Below are positions 38,401 through 50,400 of a stretch of DNA of 64,000 nucleotides, piece after piece. Each line of letters opens with the position of its first letter. Position 1 is the first letter of the stretch. The translations under genes and the position numbers were made by a program. The notes under the pieces are model-generated. The model worked only from the letters and a program-made list of their open reading frames with translations. It was not told where the DNA came from and ran no database searches. Source of the stretch: Podarcis pityusensis (lineage: Eukaryota); NCBI GenBank assembly GCA_964106645.2, contig OZ067039.1; one strand, given 5' to 3'.

Positions 38401-41400
38401 TGCTTGGAAATAGAAATATAGGAAGCTGTCTTATACCATTGATCAATCCCTACCTACAGCAGGGATTGGATGCATTGCTGATGGATGGGATTGCTGACAG
38501 GTCAATCACCTGACATCACCGTGATGTAATCAAACCATGCAGGCAAACAAACTGGGCTTTGCAAGTGCCTGCAAACAATTTCAGCAGGGAGTTGCATCTT
38601 TACCTTCCCTCAGAGATGTTCAAGGAGACTTTGACTAAACATTAGGAATAACTTTCTGATGGCAAGAGCTGTTTGACAGTAGAATTGACTATTTCCGGAG
38701 GTGGGCGGACTCTCCTTCACTGGAATTTTTTTAACAGAAGTTGGATGGCCATCTGTCAGGGATTCCTTAAGCTATGACTCTTGCACTGTAGGGGATTGAA
38801 TTAGATGACACCCCTCCACACACACTACGATTCTATGACTGCATATCATATATGGCATGAGGGGTGGAGCCTGCCTTGAGTGCCAAATTAGGTATCTGGA
38901 TGGGTGTATTATGTCTGTCTGCTGGTCTACGATGACAGTGGGTCTCCAGGGCTTCAGACACAAGTCTTTCCCAGACATACCTGGTGGTGCCAGAGATTTC
39001 TTCATGCAAAGTTTATTCTCTCCCACTGAGCTTTATAGCTATTACATTTCTTGCAATCATGTTGCCTTATTTCTGTTTGCCGTTGAGTGTAACAAGAAAA
39101 AAGCCTTTGGTGCCACTATTGTTTAACGATTGCATATAGCGTAACAGTTCAAAGTCACATGAAACAAAAGGTGAATGTTTTCCTTCATTTATCAGAGTGT
39201 CAAAAATGTGTCTGAAATTGAGGGTTTTTTGTTGTTTTCTGGGAACTGTCTTGCTACTCTATAATTTTTATTAAAAGCTTGCCAAGGAAGGAAGGAAGAT
39301 TACAAAAAACAAAACACAAACCAAACAACATAGTTTGGGGTGTTTTGACCCCTTTCACAATAAATACCATCTCTTTTCCTTGCATAACAGGCCCAAAACC
39401 TATGTTATTTCTCTTGAAGTCCATTTCAATTTAGTTTTCCATGAATTTCATTATTTTCCTCATCTGCTCTCCAATTTTCACTAGTGTTCAAAGGGGAGAT
39501 GAGGTGTACCTGAAAATTTGTCCATGTCGTTAAAAGGTAAGGCATACACAAGCTGCTCTTCAGTCTGCTTTAACAAACTGGCTCCAGGGATATGCTGCTT
39601 GATCAAAAATGCTGTGCCTTCCGTGTTACAGTACCTGTCTATTTGCATACTAAGGAAAAACAAACACACACAATGTTTAATTATTATTTACAAGGTGGGA
39701 CTCTATGGTCTGTTTGTTTTTTAAGTAACAAAAATAACATATTGTAAACCAATTTAACATATAAACTTTATTTTCTTAATCCAAATGAAAAACAAAATTT
39801 ACATATAAGTATTCATAATACTTTACCTTTACCTTTATTCATAAATTATCTAAAACTCTAACAGATAAATCATAAAAACATTTGAGCTATATTCCAGAGG
39901 TGGGCCTTTTTTGTTTCTAAGGGCCAGTTCTTTTCAGCAGGCTGACTCTGACAGATGGGTGGGCCCAATCTAGTTGTCAATCACATCTCCCTATGACATA
40001 ATGTGATTGACAAATGGGTTGCCCAGCCCACTTGTCAAAATCCCTTCTGCTTGCAGTGCTCCTTGCTGCAGTTCCTCCAGCAAACTTTAAAGGGGGAGGG
40101 AAACTACTGCAAAGAATGGCTGCTTTAAATTAATATCCACGCTCCTGACTGAGCATAGGAGAGTGGAGACTGAGTGCTCTTTGCAGCATTTTCTCTCTCC
40201 CACTTTTGCTGCTGCTCTCCAGCAGCAAAAAGGTAGCAGACTCTTTTTTCTTCTTGGGAGGCCCACCGTACACTGATCCTTTTCAGAGGCTGAAGAGATG
40301 GCTTTCCAAGAAGGTCCAGCCAACCCGCTGACATCACCAATGATAGTAGCTGATGGACAGGTTGGCAATGTTTGGGGGAAATGGCTTGGCAGTCCAAACT
40401 GGACCCCCTGTTTCTTCATGCCTGATATTAAGCAAGTCAATAAAAAAATTGCGGGGGTTTTGGCGTTTGGGGGCAACTCTACCTGATACACTCAATCATA
40501 TTTCCATTCAGTACTTTGTGGATGTTACTGAAATTTCTAGCAGGTATAAGCCTGCTTGATCCAATTATTATTTAATATTTTATTCAGAATGCAATCCTGT
40601 ACTCACTTACCTGGGAGTAGGTGGTATTAAATTTAGTGGGAACTCTGAGTGGATAGACATAGAATTGTTCTGTCAAATGCTTTTTTATAACCTTGTGACA
40701 GTTGCTTTGTAGTGATAATCAAGAAAGAAAATAAGGCAGTATAAACCAACTAGTGTTCATATTTACCAGGTTTACTCATTGCTATTATACTTCCAGCTAA
40801 CCAAACTGGGTGTTTTTTAAATCAGTTGTAAAATTCAGGCAAAGTGGAAAATAATGAACACATTGAAATAGACTTTCAGACTACAGATACCTCAAGCGGT
40901 AGCCAATTCCCCATTTTGTTTTAAGGAACAGAGAGGAGCCAAGGCATTTCAGCATTCCTTGAGAAATCACAGCTTTCCGATCTAGAAGCAAGAACAGAAG
41001 GTACCTTCAGTTATATCAGTTCATACAGCGACAAGCTGGCCATATTACCAAACTGGTACTAACACAAAGGCCCCCAAATTGCACTTGCCAGCAACAATGT
41101 CTGCTTCTTCCATGAAATGGGTACTGAACACAGTCACTCGAGTGGATTTTCCATTTTTCAGGAGGTTCCAAACTGTTTGCCGTGAACATGGATCCATGCC
41201 AGCGGTTGGTTCATCTAAGAGTAATACCTAAATATTGGCCATGGAAAACAATGGACTAGCTATTCATTTTGAAAGTAACAGTTATCCCTTATCAATAATA
41301 TCGTTTATCATTATCATCACTTCTATCAGATATGTGAACAGTTTGACCAGATAAGATTACAAGAAAAAAGCTCAACAACTTTTGTGTCTGGATTATTACT

Positions 41401-44400
41401 TTTTGAAATATGGCAACCCTACTGTTTCCTCAAGCACATTGTCTCCTGTTATTGTAAGTTTTTATTTCACGGTCTCAGCCTGCCTGCCAGTAGTTTGGGA
41501 ATATACTAAAAATAAAATAATTTTTTTTTTTAAAGCAATTTATTGGGTTTTACAATAGAAATAAACATAATAAACAATATAACATTTGTCTTAACATAGT
41601 TTCACATTTTCTTTGGACTTCCTCACATCTCCCGCTCCCACTTTCATCGTTATAACATTTTGTCAGCAATTTATCATCTTATTTAGATTCTTATATCCCT
41701 TCTATGTTTCATAATCTTATAGTTCTCAAAAGGAGTTAAATTTTCACAGTCTTACTTATTTTCTTAAAAAACTTCTAAGTTTAGTGGTGCTCAGTTATTT
41801 TGGTCTAGCATCTTATTTAGCATTCGCTCAAATTACAATGTTTTTGTAAGTAATTCTTAAATTTCTTCCAATCCTCCTCAATCCTCTCTTCTCCCAGGTC
41901 ACGAATTCTGCCGGTCATTTCGGCCAGTTCCATGTAGTCTATCAGTTGCATCTGCCATTCTTCCAGTGTGGGTAGATCTTGAGTTTTCCAGTATTTTGCA
42001 AGAAGTATCCTTGCTGCTGTTGTTGCATACATAAAAAATGTCTGGTCCTTCTTTACCACCCCTTGGCCGACAATACCCAAAAGGAAAGCCTCTGGTTTCT
42101 TAGTGAAGGTATATTTAAATACCTTTTTCAGTTCATTATAAATCATTTCCCAGAACGCCTTCACTTTAGGGCAAGTCCACCAGAGGTGGAAGAACGTTCC
42201 CTCACACTCTTTACATTTCCAACACTTATTATCAGACAGGTGGTAAATTTTTGCAAGTTTGACTGGGGTCATATACCATCTATAAATCATTTTCATTACA
42301 TTTTCTTTCAGAGCGTTACATGCAGTAAATTTCAATCCATTACTCCACAACCTTTCCCAGTCCTCAAACATGATATTATACCCAATGTCCTGTGCCCACC
42401 TTATCATAGCCGATTTAACCGTTTCATCTTGTGTATTCCATTTCAACAGCAAGTTATACATCCTTGAAAATACCTTAATCTTTGGTTCTAACAATTCTGT
42501 TTCTAGTTTCGATTTCTCCACCTGGAACCCTAGTTTCTTATCATTTTTAAAAACTTCTTTAATCTGAGCGTAATGTAACCAATCTCGCACTTTGTCTTTC
42601 ATTTTCTCCAAACTCTGCAATTTCCAGTTATCTCCATCCTTTTCTAGTATTTCCCAATATTTTGGCCATTTAGCCTCCATATTGGGTCTTTTTCGGGCCT
42701 TGGCTTCCAGAGGTGAAAGCCACCTTGGTGTTTTATTTTCCAGCAAGTCTTTATATTTTGTCCAGACATTAAACAGTGATTTTCTGACAATATGGTTCTT
42801 GAAGGCCTTATTTGCTTTAACCTTGTCATACCATAAATATGCATGCCATCCAAAAGTATTGTTAAACCCTTCCAGATCTAACACATCAGTGTCTTCAAGA
42901 AGTAGCCAGTCTTTTAGCCAGCAGAACGCTGCGGCTTCATAATACAGCTTTAGGTCTGGCAGGGCAAAGCCCCCTCTTTGTTTTGCGTCAGTTAGTATCT
43001 TAAACTTAATTCTGGGCTTTTTGCCCTGCCAGACAAACTTAGAAATATCTCTCTGCCACTTCTGAAAGCACTCCTTTTTGTCCAAAACCTGAAGTGTTTG
43101 AAATAAAAACAACATCCTTGGCAATACATTCATCTTGATAGCAGCAATTCGGCCTAACAAAGAAAGTTTCAATTTTGACCAACTGTCTAAGTCTCTCTTA
43201 ATTTCTGTCCAACATTTTTCATAATTGTCCTTAAATAGACTTAGATTTTTTGCTGTTATGTTTACCCCTAGGTATTTTACTTTCTTAACCACATTAAGTT
43301 CCGTCTCATTCTGAAACCGTTCTGACTCTGTATCAGTCAAATTTTTTCCCAAGACCTTAGTTTTCTGTTTATTTAATTTAAACCCAGCCACCCGACCAAA
43401 GTCATTAATCAGTTGTAATACTCTTTTCGTACTAGGCTCTGGCTTCTGCAAGGTCAAGACCAGGTCATCTGCAAAGGCTTTTAATTTGTATTGTTTCTGT
43501 CCGACCTGAATTCCTTCCACCAACCGATCCCCTCTAATCATGTTCAATAGCACTTCCAGAACCGAAATGAATAACAAAGGGGAGATAGGGCAACCTTGTC
43601 GTGTCCCTTTTTCAATTTTGAACTCTTCTGTAACCACATTGTTAACTATCAATTTAGCTTTCTGTTCTGAATATATCGCCTCAATCCCATTCTCAAAACC
43701 CCGTCCCACTCCCATCTCTTTTAAATTTCCCATCATAAATTTCCAGGAGATATTGTCAAAGGCCTTCTCCGCATCTATAAAAATTAAAACTGCTTTTGTA
43801 TTTATATCTGTTTGCAAAAGTTCCAGAATGTCAATAATGTTCCTTGTATTAGCAAACAGATGTCTACCTGGGAGAAAGCCGGCCTGGTCCTTATGAATTA
43901 CTTCATTTAAAACTTTTTTAAATCTACTTGCCAAAATGTCTGCAAATATTTTGTAATCCACGTTTAGAAGGGAGATGGGACGATAGTTCTTAAGTTGTGT
44001 CTTTTCAGCTTCCGACTTTGGTATTAATGTGATAAACGCTTCCTTCCACGACTCCGGTGCCCTCTTCCCCTCCATAATTTCATTGCTGACCTCCATCAAA
44101 GGTTGTATCAGATAGTCTTTTAATGTCTTATAGTACTTGGAAGTCAGCCCATCTGGCCCTGGAGATTTGCCAAGTTGCATGTTCTGAATGGCTTGTTCAA
44201 TCTCCTGTCGTGTTATTTTAGAATTCAGGATTGTCCTATTTTCTTGTGACAATTTAAATAGTCCATTTTTTGCCAAAAATTGTTTAATCTCAACTTCGTC
44301 TTGCGGCCCTTGGGTGTATAGTTTTTTGAAGTATCTCTGGAAACACTTTCTAATGTCCACTGGATTCTGGATGTTTTTTCCATCAACCTCTAAGTTTGTA

Positions 44401-47400
44401 ACCGTGTTTAATCTTTGTCTTCTCTTCAACTGCCAAGCTAGCAGTTTTCCACATTTATTCGCCGACTCAAACGTTTTTTGTTTCATTAATTTAACCTTCC
44501 ATTCAATTTCCTGATTTATCAGTTTAGAATATTGTGTTTGATAAAGTTTAATTTCTCTCAGAGTTGGCTGTGACTTCGGATTCACTCTTAATTTCTTCTC
44601 TAATTCTTTTATTTTATCCAAGATCTTATCTTTTTTCTCATTTTGTGTTCTTTTCTTTACTGCATTCTGTTGTATCAAGAATCCCCTCATTACAGCTTTG
44701 CTTGCGTCCCAGACGATTCTTTTTTCCACCGTAGTATTCATATTTATCTCAAAATAATCCTTCAAAACTTTTTGGGCCTTCTTGGTAATTTCCTGATCTC
44801 TGAACAAATTGTCATTCATCTTCCATCTAAAGGATCCAGTTGGTAGTAGTGTCATATCCATCTTTACTGCATTATGGTCGGAACAGGTCTTTGGGCAGAT
44901 TTCCACTTTTCTGACCTTAGGTGCCAGGCCTCTAGAAATCCATATTTGGTCGATTCTTGTCCAAGTCAGTTGGGCTTCAGAAAAGAATGTTCCCTCTCTT
45001 CCTAGTGGGTTCTTTGTCCTCCAGATGTCAATCAAATCCATATTGTCTGTCATTTCAAAAAAGGTTTTAGGTAGTCTGCCGTCTTTTGTAACATTTTGAC
45101 TTTGTGACTTGTCCATGTTAGTTGATACGACCCCATTCATGTCTCCCATCATTATGATGTTGTTGTAGTCCAGATAGTCCAGCATTGTCTCCTGCAGCTT
45201 CTTGTAAAATTCCGATTTCCCTTCATTAGGTGCATAGATTCCTAATATCAACAGTTTCTCTCCTTGATATTGTATCTCAATAGCCAAAATTCTTCCATGT
45301 TCATCTTTAAATAAGAATTTGGGTGACAGGCTCTCTTTTGCATATATCACCACGCCTCTCTTCTTAACTTTATCCGACGATACAAATTCCTGGCCCAATC
45401 TTTTATTTATTAATACTTTTCTGTGGAGCCTCGTCACATGTGTTTCTTGTAGACAGATAATGTCCAATTGTTCTTTTTTTAATATGTGAAATATTTTCTT
45501 CCTTTTTCCCGGAATGTTACAACCATTAATATTCCAACTCAACAATTGCAGAGACATCCTGAATTAATCTGGTTATTTCTCCAGGGGTGGTATCTTCTCT
45601 GAATCTTCAGGTTCCCCAGGTGCTGGTGTTGATGCTGGCGTTGCCCCAGGCCCAGAGGGTAATTCAATTCCTTTTTGAAGGTCCTCTCCGTGTGTAGCCA
45701 AAAATTTGTCTCTCTCTTCCAATGTTCTAATTTTAACCTTTCTCCCTCTAAAGGTAAAAGATATTCCTTGGGGGAATTCCCACCTGAATGGAATTGCGTT
45801 GCTCCTTAGTAGTTTAGCAAGTTCAGAATAGGCGGCTCTAAGATCCAGCAGTTGTCTTGGAATATCTTTATAAATTTCAATTCTTCTATCCAAAACCTCC
45901 AGTGACTTTCCGTAGTGTAGGCCCAAAATCTTATCCCTTTCCTCCTTTGATCTCAATGATTATCAAACAGTCTCTGGGCCTCTCCTTCTTTGTGAATCTT
46001 CCAAGTCTGAAAGCTGACACAATTTTAAAGTCCTTTTCTTCCAAATTCCAGAACTTGGAGAATTCTTTGGTCAAAAACTCAGTTAGATTTCCTTCTTCTG
46101 CCTCTTGTAATGATCTAATCCTCAAATTATTCTCACGATTTCGCAGTTCTATCATTGAAAGATAAATCTGATGTTCCCCAACTTGTTTAGTGAGTGGTCT
46201 TACCTCTTGCTCTAAATTTTCCAATTTTTGTCTGGTATCCTCAGCCAATTTCCGATTTTCTGCTGAGGCCTCCGTTAACTGTCCAATTGCTTGTGTATTC
46301 TGTACCACTTGTATGGTTAATTTATTTAGACATTCTGTATTTTTGTCAATCTTTGCTGATTGCACATCTACTTTCTTGTCCAAAGCTTCCAATTTTTCAA
46401 AGATTTTGTCTAGGACAGAAACAGATGCTCCTGAGGCCATATCTTCCAATTGTAACTGCTCTGCTTCACCCTCTCCCTCTTTTGCCTGTGACAAGGCAAC
46501 TTCTTCAACTTCTACTTCTGAGGGCAAAGTAGGTACAGATAATCTGCGTGTCTGCGAGGCTGAGGTTAGAGTTGTTAAAGTTGTTTGTCTAACTCTCCCT
46601 CTTTTTCTTGTGCCACTCATTCCAACGTTATCTATCAGTCAAGGTCACACTGAGTTATTCCCATGGGAATAGAAAGGCCCAGAGCAAGCAAACAACAAGG
46701 GAATCGAAAGTAAATGTACATGTAAAGTCACTGTTTTAATCCAATCCTCTAGAGGGAGCTTAAAATGTCTTTCAGAGTCTAATTTAATATCCAAGAACCT
46801 TCAGATACAAATGTTTAGCAGAGTTTATAAATGGTCACTTTGTTACAGACAGTGCTTATTTGTCTCCAAAAAGAATGTTTCAAATTTAAAAGGTCTCAAT
46901 ACCCTCAGATTGTTGCAAGTTCCAATATACAGTATCCAAATCTGCAGTACTGACAGCTCAGTCTCTCAATGCTCAGGCAGCTCCGGACCCTGGGTTTCAC
47001 CTTCTAATTTGTAATCCAATAAAAGGAGGAAAGTCAAGTGCAAATAATAATTCCAAATCTTTAACTTAAAGTCTTTACTTTAGGTTGCAAGTTCAGTAGA
47101 TGCTTAGATCTGTAAAGTTTAAAATCTCTTTCTTTCAGCCTCCACTCCTCCAACTAGTTGCTTTTTTCAAGTTCAATGGCTGCGGAAGACGGACTTCCTG
47201 TTTCCACGTCTCTCCGCTTTCAGCCAAGTTCAAGCAAATTAAGATTTTTCATTTAGAGTCTCTAATTTCGAGTGATTCAGTCTTTACTCACGAATAAGTT
47301 GTTTTACGTCCGAATCCGAATTTTGACAGGAAAAGGGATCAGCGCTCACCGGCAGCAGCAGCGCGGCTTCGCTCCACAGACTGTGAAACGGCTCTCAGCG

Positions 47401-50400
47401 CCGCAACCCCCCTCCACGCTCCGGAGCCCCTTACGAGGTTCCTTTCGCGTTTGGAGGGTCGCTCAAGGCGCCCACCGAGCCTCAAGACCCCAAGCTCTTG
47501 CTGCCTGGGGTTTTCCGGTGTGGGTCTCCGCTTCGCCGTAGCGGACGACCCGTTGTCTATGGAGCCTCCTCTCCCGTTCAGAAGAGGACCGCCATTGCCG
47601 TTCGCACCGCCCCCGGAAGAATTAAAATAATTTTTAAAACACTCTGCTTCATGAAACACATCCTGTTCAGCTCCTGCAAACTGAGAAGTCTCATACACCC
47701 ACATGCCCACACCCACCCCTTATAATAATTACGACAAATCCATTCCTACCAAAAGAAACACAGTCCAGAAGTACAAATCAAACAACATCAGAGATTCTGG
47801 CATTATTCTCATTAACCTTTCCATTAGTAAAGAACTGCAAAAACTCTGGGGAGAAATTTGGATGAGAAATGTTGGCACCATTCCAAGAGCAATGTAGATG
47901 TAGTGACATAGCCATTCTTCAGTGCTATCACCACTTCTGATGGACTGTGAATGGATCGTTAGCTCATTTCTTATGTTATTCTGGAAGCCATTTCAGCGTA
48001 GCCATGTTGATGTAGGAAAAGACGATCAGAAGCCCTAGCCCACACCGTCTGGTGTTATGTATAAAAGTGCCTAAGATGCTTTCACAAAGTAGTGGGAAGA
48101 GAGCTGCAAACAACTGTGCTTGGAATTATCCTAGGAGGCTTCAAACACTCAGAGGGAGGGGATGTAATAGGCCTCCAGGCCTCGTGTTATGTAGGATTGC
48201 CTGAAATAAATACGCAGCTTAAATATGACTTAAATACATATGCAGCTGCTAAACTGGCTCTGATCAGTAACAATGAGGAAATTTAAACCAACAACCTCAA
48301 TGTTGGTAACTGGAAGTTGAGGACTATATGGCAAATGCACAAAGCCATATTATGACCAATCAAATGTAGTAGTACAGCGGTTTTAAAAAAATGCACGCAG
48401 GTAAATATAGGTGGTTAACTCTGATAAAACATCCCCATTCCACAACAACACTTGACATACAGTTGGAAATACAGCTCCAGCAAGGCAAGCATCTGGCTCA
48501 AAGATTTCTTGCTAGATTGTCCCAGTGGCCCTGTCCACATTTCTGGCATGGTTGTTACTGAGAGATGGGCAAGCACGTTGTCAGAACTGAACAGGAAGGG
48601 ACTACCTTGATCCATTTCAACTAGAGCTGGAATAGCTACCCAACAAACTAGGATTTGAAGACAGATACCCCTTAACCAATTTGCAGACTAGACCTGTGGT
48701 TCACACTGAAATCTGCATCCTTCTGGATTCCTTTAACTTTGTGAGATGCCACTATAAGACAGTCAGATGCTTCTATCTCTAGTTTCAACAACTACTAGAA
48801 TGGGTGCACAAATCTGCATAATAAATATGCCATGTAACTGATTCTATATATCTACTACTTTACCATACAAGCAGTGCAGAGAAACACATTTCTTGTAAAG
48901 AAATTACATATTATTGCTGCATCAATCAACCGTTTTGACCTTCTGGTGCTTACCTTTGGATCTCCAAGAACTGCAAATCCAACCGACAGTTTTCTTTTCT
49001 GTCCTCCACTTAGCTTTTTAGCTTGGTTATCTTTAATGGGGTGCATATCCAAATCGAGTAAAACTTTCTGGACCTTAAACCAAGGACAAGAAGTATTTCA
49101 TGTTAAATGCCCTATCCTTAAGGCTCAAGATGGCTTGCAGACATTATGGTAGTATAATGGAATATATTTATGAAAGCATAATGGAATATGGTCATTAGCC
49201 TGCACTCACCTCTTGTATCATATCATTGGGAGGTATTCCTTTAACCGAAGCTATTATTGATAAATTCTCTTCCACGGTTAATACATCAAAATATATATCT
49301 GACTGCTGGCAGACTCCAATTACCTTTCTTATATCTAGCATTTCATCTATTTCCGAAACTCTACAGCCATAAATCGATGCAAATCCTAATGCATGAAAAG
49401 CAAGAGCAAAAATGTTAACACTGTGATGGCTACCAGCGTAGAACATATATCTAGAGGCAGCTAGCTCAAACCTGAGGCAGAACACCCCCAAAAGTCAAGG
49501 TGTCTAACATCGCTGATTTGATTTTAAAATAAAAGCGATAAAAAATATTATGCACTACCATCAACACACACAAATCAGAAAACATTAGGAACAGTACAGC
49601 TCTTGGAACTGATTTGTAAAGCTGTAGAGAAAAGAATGCATGCCACTAAACAGTTGGAAGCAGAAAGTGCAGAGAAAACACAGTGTCCAAATTCAGCATG
49701 CCACAATCATTTGCATGTTGGCTAGAGCTGCCCTCTATGTTTTATTGTAAAAGTTGGGATAAGTTAATGAATGACTTGTTAATGAAGACCATTTGTGCCT
49801 TCTTGTCAGCTAGCTACCCTCAATAAGAGTGATGCTGGATGCCCAAAAAGTAACCTCTGGAAAGCAGGGATCACATACCGGATCAAAGAGAGGGGGAACC
49901 TTTTGGAAGAGAGCTGAACTGTTCTCCTGCACACTGCTTGAAATGAGGAATTGCTAAGCTTTACTGGATGAATTAACCTTTACTATTGGTTTGCAGCTGT
50001 GGAGCCACAGAAGCCTTGGTGCCACCATCTGCTGTAGTTCTTTATTGCAGCACACCTCAGCTGCCACTGCTCTGCAGCCTTTCTGCTGTGACCTGCTAGT
50101 TGGATTTCATTACAGTGGAACCTCGGAAGCCGAACACCTTTGAACTTGAATGTTTTTGCTCCCAAACAATTGAAAACCAGATGTGATTGTTCCGGTTTTC
50201 GAACAATTTTTGGAAGCTGAATGTCCAGCGCCTTGGTTTTTGAACTGTTCCGCGAGTCGAATGGACTCCCGGAACGGATTAAATTCGAAAACCAAGGTAT
50301 GACTGTACAGTATTGCAGTATCTCAAATTCTGCATCTATGGGCCGAATCCCTTAACTGACCATGAGTAAGACCTAAGGACACAAACTTCCTTTGGCATAG

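Larger units (their letters stand above)
41526..47622 (-). mobile_element. Full-length L1-clade non-LTR retrotransposon (~6.1 kb) in an ABCA5 intron, sense to host
   Basis: CpG-rich ~1-kb 5'UTR, ORF1, 15-nt spacer, ORF2, 3'UTR with AATAAA (41539-41544) and A-tail. TSD TAAAATAATTTTT at 41513-41525 and 47623-47635; the reconstructed target on the - strand is TTTT/AAAA. Confidence 0.95.

Noticed and set aside
41979-46672. Numerous + strand ORFs of 100-160 aa over the L1
   Set aside because: They are antisense shadows of the A-rich ORF1/ORF2 codon structure, with no motifs.
47272-47725. Antisense ORFs in the L1 5'UTR as ORF0 analogues
   Set aside because: They begin with GTG/TTG, one runs outside the element, and open frames are expected in GC-rich DNA.
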